64,000 nt of DNA from an uncultured delta proteobacterium (lineage in GTDB: Bacteria; Chloroflexota; Dehalococcoidia; Dehalococcoidales; BS750m-G39). Numbering within the stretch: the first letter of the stretch is position 1; every line of letters starts with the position of its first letter. The DNA is taken from contig CAVTZP010000007.1 of NCBI GenBank assembly GCA_963739245.1, positions 119,845 to 183,844 on the forward strand. Direction: 5' to 3'. The translations under genes and the position numbers were made by a program. Below, piece after piece: positions 31,147 through 40,763 of the stretch. The notes below the pieces were generated by a model, which saw nothing but the letters and a program-made list of their open reading frames with translations, had not been told where the DNA came from and did not search any database.

Positions 31147-31290
31147 CTCACCCCCTCTTAAACACCCCAGTTAAAGCGAAGGGCACGGGATACAACCTTT
31201 CCCCAACAAATCACGAGATTGAGATACGAAGCCTCAGAGGGCGGGAGGGTGGGAAGAAAGACCGCTGAAAAAAGGGGGGTAGGGGGATGG
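31147..31290 (+). repeat. intergenic repeat, copy B (G-rich core module only, double hairpin absent)
   Basis: 31147-31262 aligns with 55196-55204 plus 55267-55373 (ctcaccccc|tcttaaacaccccagtt..gggatacaacc..gagattgag..aagcctcagagggcgggagggtgggaa.aaag). A G-rich tail follows. The copy lies between the convergent genes dapA and purA. Confidence 0.8.
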
Positions 31291-31304
31291 GTTTATAAAC
31301 AATC

Positions 31305-32589
31305 CTATAAGACGGGCGTCTTCTCGATGGTCTGCTCCCGCTCCGGCCCGACACAGACAAGGTTGACCGGGCAAGAACTTAAGCTCTTCCAGTCTGGCTA
31401 CATACTGGCGAGCCTCAGCCGGCAACTGGTCGTAGTTGCGAATATCAGAAATTGGAGCTTGCCACCCCGCTAGCTCCTCATAGACTGGCTGACATCTAGC
31501 CAGGGCAGCGACGCTGGCGGGGAAGTAATCAATAGTCTTGCCATCCAGTTTATAGCCGACGCATATCTTCAGACGGGGCAAAACGTCAAGAATATCAAGG
31601 CGGGTAATTGCCGCCCCGGTAAAGCCATTAATCCTAGTGCTGAAACGAGCGGCAACGGCGTCAAACCAGCCGCAACGGCGTGGTCTACCGGTAGTGGTGC
31701 CATACTCGTGAGCCCTTTCCCGAATCAGGTCGCCGGTCTCATCATGCATTTCCGTAGGCATCGGACCACCACCCACCCTCGTGCAGTAAGCCTTGAACAC
31801 CCCCAGAATGCGGTCAACGCTGGTCGGGCTCAAGCCCGCTCCCAGGCAAGCTCCTCCCGCCAGCGGCGATGATGAGGTGGTATAGGGATAGGTGCCAAAA
31901 TCGGGGTCAAGCAAAGCCCCCTGAGCCCCCTCCAGTAAAACCAACTCCCGCCGGCTTAATAACTCCTCCAGCATTATAGTCGTCTCCCGAATGTAAGGAG
32001 CCAGACGCTCTCCATACTGGCAATACTGAGTATATACCTCATCCAGCGATAGCGGACTAACCCCATAAATCTTGGTCAAGATGGTATTCTTGTAACTAAG
32101 TATAGGACGAAGCCGCTCCAGCAACCCCTCCCTATCCAAAAGATCGCCAGCTCTGATACCCAACCTGGCTGCCTTATCGGTAAAGGCAGGACCAACGCCC
32201 TTGCGGGTTGTGCCCAGTGCCTTGCCCCCCCGCGCCTCCTCCTCCAGACCATCAAGAAGGACATGATAGGGCATAATCAGGTTAGCCCGGTCGCTGACAA
32301 ATAACCTTGAGGTATCGACACCACGCTGGTTGAGCTCGTCTATCTCGCCAATTAGCACCGCGGGGTTAATCACCACCCCATTACCGATAATACAAATAGC
32401 CTTAGGGGAAAAAATCCCCGACGGGACAAGATGCAACTTAAACTCACCAGCGGGGTTAATCACGGAATGACCGGCATTATCGCCGCCAGAAAAGCGGACT
32501 ACCACCCCCGCTTTCTGAGCCAGCAGGTCAACTACCTTGCCCTTCCCCTCATCCCCCCACTGAGCCCCAATGACAGCAATAACTGGCAT
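31305..32589 (-). pseudogene. purA: adenylosuccinate synthase, frameshift about 25 codons before the stop
   Basis: From ATG 32589 (after GAGGAGAG): MPVIAVIGAQWGDEGKGKVVDLL...GGDNAGH. The natural C-terminus SCPVNLVCVGPEREQTIEKTPVL* (stop at 31305-31307) is in another frame downstream of about 31375. The ORF track extensions at both ends translate intergenic or repeat DNA. Confidence 0.85.
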
Positions 32590-32645
32590 TATCTCTCCTC
32601 TAAGCCTTCTTCTTATAACATAAATAGCAACATAAATAAAAGCGG

Positions 32646-33269
32646 CTATTCTTTTGTTTGCTGCCAAACATAAACTAGCCTCTGACCAAAGGTGAAAAAG
32701 CTGAATACCACAATAATCGCCAGGGCAATAACCAGGGCATTGGCAATACGGCTCAGTAAAAGACCCAGCACCAGCACCACCACCCTCTCGGCACGGGTAA
32801 ATAGTCCAACCCCACATTCCAGGCCGGCTCCCTCCGCCCTGGCCCGGATGTAGCTGACTAAGAATGAGCCAATTAAAGCAAGGCAGACCAGTATAATGGG
32901 GATAAATGCCGACTCCCTAGCATACAGAACCAAAATAGCCAGCAGCACTGCCGCCTCAGACAAACGATCAAGGGTGGAGTCAAGAATGCCGCCAAACGGG
33001 GTAACCTTTTTAATACGCCGAGCCAGTGCCCCATCCAGGATATCAAAAAAACCGGCGACAAGCACCACAAACCCGGCAGTAAACGGGTGTGCGGTAATAA
33101 TAAGCGCCGCCGCGCCGAGGGCTAATACAAAACCAAACCAGCTTAGAGTGTTAGGTGTTAGCCTCATCCTGACTAAAACCCGCACCGCTGGTTCAGTAAG
33201 GCGATAGGCTATAGCGCTACGAACCCTGGATAGATTTGACTTTGAGCGATTAACTAAACTACCCCCCAC
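32646..33269 (-). CDS. CDP-alcohol phosphatidyltransferase (candidate phosphatidylinositol-phosphate synthase)
   Basis: DILDGALARRIKKVTPFGGILDSTLDRLSEA matches Dx2DGx2ARx8Gx3Dx3D. The protein has multiple transmembrane segments and sits in an operon with ino1 and a PimA-like gene. Confidence 0.7.
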   Translation of the reverse strand: MGGSLVNRSKSNLSRVRSAIAYRLTEPAVRVLVRMRLTPNTLSWFGFVLALGAAALIITAHPFTAGFVVLVAGFFDILDGALARRIKKVTPFGGILDSTLDRLSEAAVLLAILVLYARESAFIPIILVCLALIGSFLVSYIRARAEGAGLECGVGLFTRAERVVVLVLGLLLSRIANALVIALAIIVVFSFFTFGQRLVYVWQQTKE

Positions 33270-33275
33270 CTTTTC

Positions 33276-34448
33276 TTAAACTGAAACCGCCGTCGCCTTG
33301 AGTTCTGGGAATTGCTTCCTCCATGGCGGCTCACTGAGAACCCTAATATAATAATTCAAAACATCTTGGGCAATGTGCTCCCAGCTATACCTAAGAGCTT
33401 TAACCCTGCCTCTGGCTCCCATCTCACGGCGAAGTGCTCCGTCAGCCAGAAGAGAAATCAGCGCCCGGGCTAATACCTCCTTATCCGCCGGTGGCACCAG
33501 CAGCCCGTCAACATTATGAGTTACTACGCTGGCATAACCATCTATATCTGAGGCGACAATCGGCTTTCCCACCGCCATAGCCTCAAGCAAAATAATACCG
33601 AAGCTCTCCCGCCCGGTGGCCGGAGCGCAAAAAACATCGGCGGTTTTATAGTACCTAGGTAATTCCTCATAAGGTACAAAGCCGATGAAGATAACGTCCT
33701 TCAAACCACTCCTCATAACCTCTTTCTCATACTTGCGGCGTAGCCTAGTGCCGGGACCAACAATAATAAGCCGAGAATTTGGAATCTCCCGCTTAACCTG
33801 ATTAAAGGCTCCAAGCAGATAGTTCAAGCCCTTCCTTTTCTCCAGACGACTAACAAAGAGGATGTTCAGCTTGCCATCACAGAACTTTTCAATCGGAAGT
33901 ACATTAGGGGAGAAAAGGTCTATATCCACGCCATTGGGGATAATATTATAGTATCCGGGGAAGTAGTCACTGGCAAACTCCATGGCTGGTTTAGACACCG
34001 CAATCTTGCCATGGAGCCGGCGGAACCACCTCTTCAGCATCCACGTGCCAAAGGGTTTAGCGAGATTATACCCCGGGCTGCCATGACAGGCATGAAAGGT
34101 CCCTATATTAGCTGCTTGAGACAAGCGGAGCACAGTGGTACATAACATTGGCATTAACGGTTCGTGGAGGTGGATAATATCAAACTCCTCCCGGTCAAGG
34201 ACGGCTTTTACCCTTGAGGATAGCCAGGGTGAAAGAGTAACCCGAGCAATAGAGCCGCTGCTGGGAACAGGACGGGGGCTGCCTATAGCAATAAACCTAT
34301 CACCAATGCTGGAAATAACCTTGGATGCCGGGGCAATGACCTTGACCTCATGACCCATCCGGGCAAAGTGGTGCTCAAGATAAGAAATATGAACAGTCAC
34401 ACCCCCCGGATAGGCGAAATCATACGGGGATACTAATGCTACCTTCAC
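33276..34448 (-). CDS. GT4 glycosyltransferase, PimA-like (phosphatidylinositol alpha-mannosyltransferase-like)
   Basis: MKVALVSPYDFAYPGGVTVHISYLEHHFARMGHEVKVIAPAS...IHLHEPLMP...TFHA, with a C-terminal E-x7-E region (FGIILLEAMAVGKPIVASD). From memory, this closely parallels the mycobacterial PimA N-terminus. Confidence 0.65.
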   Translation of the reverse strand: MKVALVSPYDFAYPGGVTVHISYLEHHFARMGHEVKVIAPASKVISSIGDRFIAIGSPRPVPSSGSIARVTLSPWLSSRVKAVLDREEFDIIHLHEPLMPMLCTTVLRLSQAANIGTFHACHGSPGYNLAKPFGTWMLKRWFRRLHGKIAVSKPAMEFASDYFPGYYNIIPNGVDIDLFSPNVLPIEKFCDGKLNILFVSRLEKRKGLNYLLGAFNQVKREIPNSRLIIVGPGTRLRRKYEKEVMRSGLKDVIFIGFVPYEELPRYYKTADVFCAPATGRESFGIILLEAMAVGKPIVASDIDGYASVVTHNVDGLLVPPADKEVLARALISLLADGALRREMGARGRVKALRYSWEHIAQDVLNYYIRVLSEPPWRKQFPELKATAVSV

Positions 34449-34481
34449 CGCTAACTGCCAAAAACCTCCATGGAGACTCAG

Positions 34482-35576
34482 TTAGACGCTTTTACTTGCC
34501 TCTGGTGGGGCATTAGCAATAAACTCCTCCACCATTCGGCGTGCTTCATCATCGGTATACTGAACCGGTGGCGACTTCATAAAGTAGGCAGATGGAGCCA
34601 CCATAGCTCCTTTAAGTCCACGGTCTAAGGCAAGTTTACAGCACCTTATAGCATCAATAACCACCCCTGCCGAGTTAGGGCTATCCCAGACCTCAAGCTT
34701 TAGCTCCAGGTTTAGAGGAACATCGCCAAAGGTTCGTCCCTCCATCTTGATATGGCAAAACTTCCGGTCGAGTAGCCATGGGACATAATCACTAGGACCA
34801 ACGTGTATATCATCAGGGTCAAGCTTGTAATCTAGCTGAGAGGTGACAGCGGCAGTCTTGGATATCTTCTTAGACTCAAGTCTTGACCTCTCCAGCATGT
34901 TAAAGAAGTCAGTGTTACCGCCAAAGTTCAATTGATAGGTTCGCTCCAGCTTAACGCCACGGTCCACGAACAGCCGGGTGAGGACACGATGGACAATAGT
35001 AGCTCCGACCTGGGATTTTATATCATCACCAATAACCGGAAGCCCCACCTGCTCAAAACGCTGTTGCCAATACCGCTCCCGGGCAATAAAAACTGGAATG
35101 CAATTGATGAGGCCGCAACCAGCGGCTAGCACCTGCTCAACATACCATTTAGTTGCTTCCTCACTGCCAACCGGCAGGTAATTAACCACCACATCGGTGT
35201 GGGTCTCTTTGAGTATTTTAACAATATCGGCGGTCGGGCCTGGCGCCTTCTCTATTATCTGCGATAGATAAAAACCCAAGCCATCATGGGTCATACCTCG
35301 GTGGACCTTAACCCCCGCTATCGGCACTTCGCAAAATTTAAAGGTGTTATTGGGCGGAGTAAAAATAGCCTCGGCGAGGTCCTTGCCTACCTTGTTTTTA
35401 TCAATATCAAAGGCGGCCACGAAGTTAATATCGCTAATATGATACCCACCAAGATTAATATGCATCAGTCCAGGCACAAATTCGTTCTTCTTCGCTTTCC
35501 GATAGTAATAGATACCCTGAACCAGGGAAGAAGCACAGTTACCCACACCGATTATGGCTACATTTACCTTACCCAA
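34482..35576 (-). CDS. ino1: myo-inositol-1-phosphate synthase
   Basis: [25 protein letters not shown]...[17 protein letters not shown]...[12 protein letters not shown]...SDYVPWL, the bacterial/archaeal MIPS type. TTG start after GGAGGG. Confidence 0.85.
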   Translation of the reverse strand: MGKVNVAIIGVGNCASSLVQGIYYYRKAKKNEFVPGLMHINLGGYHISDINFVAAFDIDKNKVGKDLAEAIFTPPNNTFKFCEVPIAGVKVHRGMTHDGLGFYLSQIIEKAPGPTADIVKILKETHTDVVVNYLPVGSEEATKWYVEQVLAAGCGLINCIPVFIARERYWQQRFEQVGLPVIGDDIKSQVGATIVHRVLTRLFVDRGVKLERTYQLNFGGNTDFFNMLERSRLESKKISKTAAVTSQLDYKLDPDDIHVGPSDYVPWLLDRKFCHIKMEGRTFGDVPLNLELKLEVWDSPNSAGVVIDAIRCCKLALDRGLKGAMVAPSAYFMKSPPVQYTDDEARRMVEEFIANAPPEASKSV

Positions 35577-35604
35577 GGTTTAACACCCTCCTTTTCCATT
35601 TAAA

Positions 35605-35646
35605 AGGCAACAAAAAAGACTAAAAGCCAATCTCCAAGGTTGGCTT
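35605..35646 (-). terminator. weak intrinsic-terminator-like hairpin between the small zinc-ribbon ORF and ino1
   Basis: The minus strand reads AGCCAA-CCTTGGAGA-TTGGCT followed by TTTAGTCTTTTTTG. The stem is only 6 bp. Confidence 0.35.
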
Positions 35647-35767
35647 AATAAATGAACTTTTCCCTTTGTGTAGCAACTAGGCGTCAGATCTCTTTCAGCC
35701 CACAATACTATGGAGAGGACCTACTTACCCCACTTCTAGATGATGCAATTAGTCAAAGGGTTACCGG

Positions 35768-35905
35768 TCACCGACCAATCCTGAATACCTTAGTCCCACA
35801 TGAGGGGCAAACCCCTCGCGTAGCTGGTCGCTTGTTCTTCAGGGTAACCGGCTGTGGATTCTTTATCTCTACCTTCCGCCTACACCTAAAACAATAGGCT
35901 TGCAC
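35768..35905 (-). CDS. 45-aa zinc-ribbon protein (DUF5679-like), below the ORF track size cutoff
   Basis: GTG at 35905 lies 7 nt after AAGGAGGTG. Translation is VQAYCFRCRRKVEIKNPQPVTLKNKRPATRGVCPSCGTKVFRIGR*, with a CxxC...CxxC pattern. A strong promoter sits upstream. Confidence 0.6.
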   Translation of the reverse strand: MQAYCFRCRRKVEIKNPQPVTLKNKRPATRGVCPSCGTKVFRIGR

Positions 35906-35936
35906 CTTAGTCCACCTCCTTTTTAGTATCGGTTGC

Positions 35937-35966
35937 ACTATACCCCTATTATACGCAAGCTGTCAA
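35937..35966 (-). promoter_or_regulatory. sigma-70-type promoter TTGACA-18-TATAGT overlapping the truB stop codon
   Basis: On the minus strand, TTGACA is at 35966-35961 and TATAGT at 35942-35937. It drives the small zinc-ribbon ORF and possibly ino1. Confidence 0.55.
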
Positions 35967-36862
35967 GAGCTAGTAAATACCTTCTCCGGTTGCCACTGCC
36001 CCTTCTCTGAATCAAACCGTAGCACACCCAAGAATGAGCCATCCATGGTGTAGACACGGCAGCGGTCGCCGCAAGAAGTCGGCCAACTGTCATCCCGGGC
36101 AAAAACCAAAGGGCGCCCATTCCTTATGTCACCTTCAGCAGCATTACCAACCACCACCGCCGCCCAATGTAAAAGCACCCAATCTATAGGATAGATAAGT
36201 TTTTGCCAGTAGCCATAGCGGAAGGCGTCGTCAAGCTGGGATAATGAAACTGCGTCTTCAATACCAAAGGAGCCACACCTCAAGCGGAGCAAGCTCTTTA
36301 AAGTGGCGCCGCAACCCAGAAGCTGCCCCAAATCGTGGGCCAGTGACCGGATATAGGTGCCCCGTTCACACTCCACCTCTATAGTAGCTACCGGCGGCTG
36401 CCAATCAATAAGCTCCAGATGATAAATCCACCTCAGCCGGCTTTTCCTCTCCACCTCAATACCCAAGCGCGCCAACTCATAAAGTGGCTTACCACGATGC
36501 TTCACCGCACTATACATTGGCGGAGTCTGGGATATTAAACCGCAAAAGGAATTAAGGGCTGACAGCAATTCCCTCCGGCTAATCCCAGATGGGTCTCCCC
36601 GGCTGATGATGCTACCGGTGGCATCATCAGTGTCGGTAACCACACCAAATTCAATCTCAGCCCGATAAGCCTTAGGCGCATCCAGTAAAAATTCAATAAC
36701 ACGTGTCCCCTGGCCGAGGCAGATAGGCAGAACGCCGCTAGCTGCCGGGTCTAGGGTACCAGCATGCCCCACGCGCCTTTCTCCACTCAACCGCTTGACC
36801 ACAGAGACAATACTGAAGGAAGTTTTACCCCAAGGCTTATTAATATTTAGAATGCCGTCCAC
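35963..36862 (-). CDS. truB: tRNA pseudouridine(55) synthase
   Basis: GILNINKPWGKTSFSIV...VGHAGTLDPAASGVLPICLGQGTR (catalytic Asp motif), with a PUA-like C-terminus. Confidence 0.9.
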   Translation of the reverse strand: MDGILNINKPWGKTSFSIVSVVKRLSGERRVGHAGTLDPAASGVLPICLGQGTRVIEFLLDAPKAYRAEIEFGVVTDTDDATGSIISRGDPSGISRRELLSALNSFCGLISQTPPMYSAVKHRGKPLYELARLGIEVERKSRLRWIYHLELIDWQPPVATIEVECERGTYIRSLAHDLGQLLGCGATLKSLLRLRCGSFGIEDAVSLSQLDDAFRYGYWQKLIYPIDWVLLHWAAVVVGNAAEGDIRNGRPLVFARDDSWPTSCGDRCRVYTMDGSFLGVLRFDSEKGQWQPEKVFTSS

Positions 36863-36864
36863 AG

Positions 36865-37230
36865 CTAGTCACCATGCTCGGGAGTGCTACTTGAGCTAAC
36901 CTCATCAATCAACTGCAAAAGGTGAGCCCCCCGCTCAATAGAATCATCCCAGTGAAAGCTTAGCTCAGGAATGCGGCGCAGTCGCAGACGTTTAGCCAGC
37001 TGGTTACGGAGGAAACCGGAGGCTGTAGCCAGCCCGTTCAGTGTGTCTCGTTTTACCTCCTCACTGCCAATACAACTTACAAATACCTTGGCATATCGCA
37101 GGTCGGGAGAGACAGAGACCTCGGTCACAGCAATAAAATTGCCAAGTCGTGGGTCTTTGACTTGGCGTTGAAGCAATTGGCTAATTTCCTGGCGAATAAG
37201 ATTACCTAATCGCTCAATGCGATGTGCCAT
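36865..37230 (-). CDS. rbfA: ribosome-binding factor A
   Basis: From ATG 37230: MAHRIERLGNLIRQEISQLLQRQVKDPRLGNFIAVTEVSVSPDLRYAKVFVS. Confidence 0.9.
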   Translation of the reverse strand: MAHRIERLGNLIRQEISQLLQRQVKDPRLGNFIAVTEVSVSPDLRYAKVFVSCIGSEEVKRDTLNGLATASGFLRNQLAKRLRLRRIPELSFHWDDSIERGAHLLQLIDEVSSSSTPEHGD

Positions 37231-37234
37231 AATA

Positions 37235-39004
37235 CTACCTCTTAGTCTGCTCTCTTCGGAAAAATTCCAGTATATCACCAATTTGAAAGTCGCCAAAATC
37301 TTTGATACTCACCCCACACTCAAAGCCGGCACTAACCTCATTAACACTGTCCTTGAAACGCCTCAAGCTGTTAATCTCAGATTCGCATAATATTTGCTCT
37401 CCACGCCGCACCCTAGCGGTGGCACCGCGGCTCATCTTGCCCTCGCTGACATAGACACCAGCTATCTTCCCCTTCTTGCCCGTGGAGAAGAGCGCCTTTA
37501 CTTCGGCTCTGCCTTCAATAACCTCAACATAACGGGGTTCAAGCATCCCCTTGAGTGCCTTACCCATATCATCAACGAGGTTGTAGATAACGTCATAGGT
37601 ACGGATGTCAACACCCTCCATATCAGCCAAGCGCCGTGCCCCGGCCTCAACGCCGGCGCCAAAACCGATAATCAGCCCCTTGGAGGCAATGGCAAGCATA
37701 ACATCACTCTCAGTAATGTTGCCACTGCCGCTATGAATAATCCTGACCTTAACCTCCTCAGCTGACAGCCGTTCCAGAGAATTTCTTATCGGCTCAATAC
37801 TGCCCTGAACGTCAACCTTGAGGATAACACCAAGCTCCTTTACCTCACCAGTATTTATCTGGTCATAAAGATTATCCAGACTCACTGTCCTGGCTTGTTG
37901 CTGTATCTCCTGGCGCTTTTGTATCAAAGCCCGGGCCTGTTGTTCCCCAGCCACCGCCGTCAGGGTATCACCCACCTCAGGCACACTATTTAGACCAAGG
38001 ATTCCCACTGGCATAGCTGGCTCAGCCTTCCTCACCCGCTTACCGGTGTCATTAAACATAGCCCTCACCCTACCCCAGGTAGCGCCAACCACCACGGTAT
38101 CACCGGGCTTTAGGGTCCCATTTTGAATCAGCGTTGTAGCCATTGGTCCCATAGTCTTGTCCATTTTAGCCTCAATAACCACACCTACCGCAGGACGGGA
38201 GGGGTCTGCCTTCAGCTCCTCCATCTCCGCCACCACCAGAATATTCTCCAATAGCTCGGAGATGCCTATCTTCTCCTTGGCTGAGATAGGAACACAGACC
38301 ACATCGCCCCCCCACTCCTCAATAACCAAGCCAGCCTCAGATAGCTGTTGCTTAGCCATCTCAGGGTTAGCCTCGGGCTTATCAATCTTATTAATTGCCA
38401 CCACAATCGGCACCCCGGCAGCCCGGGCATGGTCAATAGCTTCCAGGGTCTGTGGCATTACCCCATCATCAGCCGCCACCACCAAAATGGTGATGTCAGT
38501 TACCTGTGCCCCACGAGCTCGCATCGCAGTAAAGGCTTCATGACCCGGGGTATCCAGGAAGGTAATCTTTTGCCCCTTGACCTCTACCTGATAGGCACCA
38601 ATATGCTGGGTAATACCCCCAGCCTCCCTATCCATTACATTAGTCTGACGGATGGCATCCAGCAGCCTGGTCTTACCGTGGTCAACATGCCCCATAATGG
38701 TAACTACCGGCGGGCGTAGTTTCAGACCGCTGAGTTCCTCCTCCTGAGGCCGATACCGCCTACTCCCGCCAGTGGTGGCTAAAGGCTTTAGCTTGGCTTC
38801 ATAGCTAAAGGCAGCCGCTACGGCGGCAGCTACCTCATAGTCAATGATCTGATTAATATTGGCAAAAATGCCGTTTCTCATCAGTTGTTTGATAACGTCA
38901 ACGGCACTAACCTGCAACAGGTCAGCCAATTGCCTAACCCCTATAGAGTGAGGAATCTCAATCAGGTTGGCCTTTGTTTCACCTGTTTTGCTCACCTTTG
39001 CCAC
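37235..39004 (-). CDS. infB: translation initiation factor IF-2 (short N-terminus)
   Basis: [28 protein letters not shown] and NKIDK are G-domain motifs. The C-terminal domains are conserved. GTG start after GAAGGAG. Confidence 0.95.
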   Translation of the reverse strand: MAKVSKTGETKANLIEIPHSIGVRQLADLLQVSAVDVIKQLMRNGIFANINQIIDYEVAAAVAAAFSYEAKLKPLATTGGSRRYRPQEEELSGLKLRPPVVTIMGHVDHGKTRLLDAIRQTNVMDREAGGITQHIGAYQVEVKGQKITFLDTPGHEAFTAMRARGAQVTDITILVVAADDGVMPQTLEAIDHARAAGVPIVVAINKIDKPEANPEMAKQQLSEAGLVIEEWGGDVVCVPISAKEKIGISELLENILVVAEMEELKADPSRPAVGVVIEAKMDKTMGPMATTLIQNGTLKPGDTVVVGATWGRVRAMFNDTGKRVRKAEPAMPVGILGLNSVPEVGDTLTAVAGEQQARALIQKRQEIQQQARTVSLDNLYDQINTGEVKELGVILKVDVQGSIEPIRNSLERLSAEEVKVRIIHSGSGNITESDVMLAIASKGLIIGFGAGVEAGARRLADMEGVDIRTYDVIYNLVDDMGKALKGMLEPRYVEVIEGRAEVKALFSTGKKGKIAGVYVSEGKMSRGATARVRRGEQILCESEINSLRRFKDSVNEVSAGFECGVSIKDFGDFQIGDILEFFRREQTKR

Positions 39005-39308
39005 TAGATTGCTCCTTCTCCAGTCCCGTGCTATACCTAAGAAGCTGCTCCCGATTATCCTGAGTGAGGGTGGTGCGTAAGACGTACTCCAGACGACCCT
39101 TCTTCAGCCCAACCTGCCAACACTCCGGTGCCGGACACAAATAAGCACCACGCCCTGCCCTCTTCCCACCGGGGTCAACCTCAACACCCCCACCGGAAAT
39201 TCGAACTAAACGGATTAGTTGCCGCTTGGCTTCTACCGTGCCACAAGCCACGCAAGTCCGCTGGGGTATATGCCTAACCGAAATGGAATTAATACTCCTC
39301 TTCCTCAT
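38979..39308 (-). CDS. YlxR/RnpM-family RNA-binding protein (DUF448)
   Basis: From ATG 39308: ...[23 protein letters not shown]...[15 protein letters not shown]. It sits at the position between nusA and infB. Confidence 0.8.
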   Translation of the reverse strand: MRKRSINSISVRHIPQRTCVACGTVEAKRQLIRLVRISGGGVEVDPGGKRAGRGAYLCPAPECWQVGLKKGRLEYVLRTTLTQDNREQLLRYSTGLEKEQSSGKGEQNR

Positions 39309-39551
39309 CGGGCACCTCTGGCTTTTGTCGCCGCTGCCTAACCTTGGTGCCGTCACCAGTCCCCCGCTCGCGGGTGTCCTTCTTTTTCCTCTTTGATTTA
39401 GCCACCACCTTAGTCGGTGCAAATTTCAAGACATCCTCGGCAAACCGAAGCTGAGGTGGTTCCAATCTGGTTTGAGGCTCACGCAATGCCTCGGGAGGAA
39501 CAAGCTTGGTATCAACCGGCAGCTCTGGCCCAGCGGCAACCCCAACTTCGG

Positions 39552-40673
39552 CTAAGACCGGCTCTTCAATAACTGATAATTCGCGCCACCCCTCCTCTCT
39601 ATCTCAGGTAGAGACTCAGCCTTTGCCAGCCGTTCTGCCTCGGCAGCGGAGGCGCTCTTAATATCAATGCGCCAACCGGTAAGCCTAGCTGCCAATCTAG
39701 CATTCTGCCCCTCCTTACCGATGGCTAACGAGAGCTGCTTATCAGGGACAACCACAGTGGCTATCCCCCCGTTCTCATCCAGCGTCACACTTACTACCTG
39801 TGCCGGACTAAGGGCACTAGCAATGAAGGCCTGAGGAGATGAGCTCCACACTACAACATCTAGCTTTTCTCCACTTAGCTCTTTCATAATATTTTGTATC
39901 CTGATACCACGAAGCCCAACACAACAACCAACCGGGTCAATACCTTCGTGGCGGGCTGCCACCGCTATCTTGCTGCGGTAACCAGCCTCACGGGTGATTG
40001 CTTTCACCTCCACTACTCCACTGAGAACCTCAGGAACCTCAAGCTCAAAAAGCCGCCGCACCAAATCCGGGTGAGAGCGTGACACCACCACCTGGGGTCC
40101 CCTGCCGGTCTGCGCCACCTCTAGAAGATAAAGCTTGAGCCTTTGTCCCACCCGATATCTCTCAGTGCGCATCTGCTCCGAAGCAGGGAGTATTGCCTCT
40201 GTCCTGCCTAAATCAATGAATATCTGCCTTGGCTCAATGCGCTGCACCACGCCGGTGAGAATATCGCCTTCCTTATTAGAATATTCCTCAAATATAGCGC
40301 TATGCTCCGCCTCATGAAGGCGCTGGAGGATGACCTGCTTTGCCGTTTGCGCCGCAATCCGCCCTGCGTTGTGTGGGGTCGCCTCTACCATAACAACCTC
40401 ACCAAGTTGAACATCAGGCTTAATCTTTACCGCCTCAGTTAGTGACACCTCACGGCGCGAATCTGAAGGCTGCTCAACTACGGTCTTCTCCGCCCACACC
40501 TTAACCGCACCACTATTGGTGTCAATTCTGACCGCGATATTCTGGGTAGGGGGGAAATTGTCCTTCCGATACGCTGATACCAGCGCTGACTCTACGGCGG
40601 CAAGGACTACCTCCTTAGGCAGATTCTTCTCCGCCGAGAGCTGGGTTATAGCGAGCATAAATTCGCTCTTCAT
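39552..40673 (-). CDS. nusA: transcription termination/antitermination factor NusA (a basic/acidic tail may continue to 39289 after a frameshift)
   Basis: [37 protein letters not shown], an S1 domain, and two KH domains ([42 protein letters not shown]). Confidence 0.9.
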   Translation of the reverse strand: MKSEFMLAITQLSAEKNLPKEVVLAAVESALVSAYRKDNFPPTQNIAVRIDTNSGAVKVWAEKTVVEQPSDSRREVSLTEAVKIKPDVQLGEVVMVEATPHNAGRIAAQTAKQVILQRLHEAEHSAIFEEYSNKEGDILTGVVQRIEPRQIFIDLGRTEAILPASEQMRTERYRVGQRLKLYLLEVAQTGRGPQVVVSRSHPDLVRRLFELEVPEVLSGVVEVKAITREAGYRSKIAVAARHEGIDPVGCCVGLRGIRIQNIMKELSGEKLDVVVWSSSPQAFIASALSPAQVVSVTLDENGGIATVVVPDKQLSLAIGKEGQNARLAARLTGWRIDIKSASAAEAERLAKAESLPEIERRGGANYQLLKSRS

Positions 40674-40712
40674 CTAAGGTCACGGCCTCCAACCCGATGA
40701 TTTTCGCCACAA

Positions 40713-40738
40713 CTAAAAAAGTGGGCTCAAACCCACTT
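40713..40738 (-). terminator. intrinsic-terminator-like hairpin inside the nusA leader (candidate attenuator)
   Basis: The minus strand reads AAGTGGG-TTTGAG-CCCACTT-TTTTAG. It lies about 40 nt upstream of the nusA ATG and downstream of the predicted promoter. Confidence 0.5.
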
Positions 40739-40763
40739 ATCAAATCAAACTTTATTCAAAACA

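Noticed and set aside
31234-32817. 527-aa version of the purA ORF with a 76-aa N-terminal extension and a C-terminal run-on into the repeat
   Set aside because: The conserved PurA N-terminus (MPVIAVIGAQWGDEGKGK) starts at ATG 32589 behind a good ribosome-binding site. The upstream extension overlaps the 3-prime end of the CDP-alcohol transferase gene region. The C-terminal run-on results from a frameshift, and the native stop at 31305 is visible in another frame.
35647-35930. Structured RNA gene (RNase P RNA, tmRNA, SRP RNA or a riboswitch) in the truB-ino1 gap
   Set aside because: None of the hallmark motifs I know is present: GAGGAAAGTCC for RNase P, a tag-peptide ORF plus a tRNA-like end for tmRNA, GGAAGCAGCC for SRP helix 8, or the B12 and TPP boxes. 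Most of the region is explained by the 45-aa ORF.
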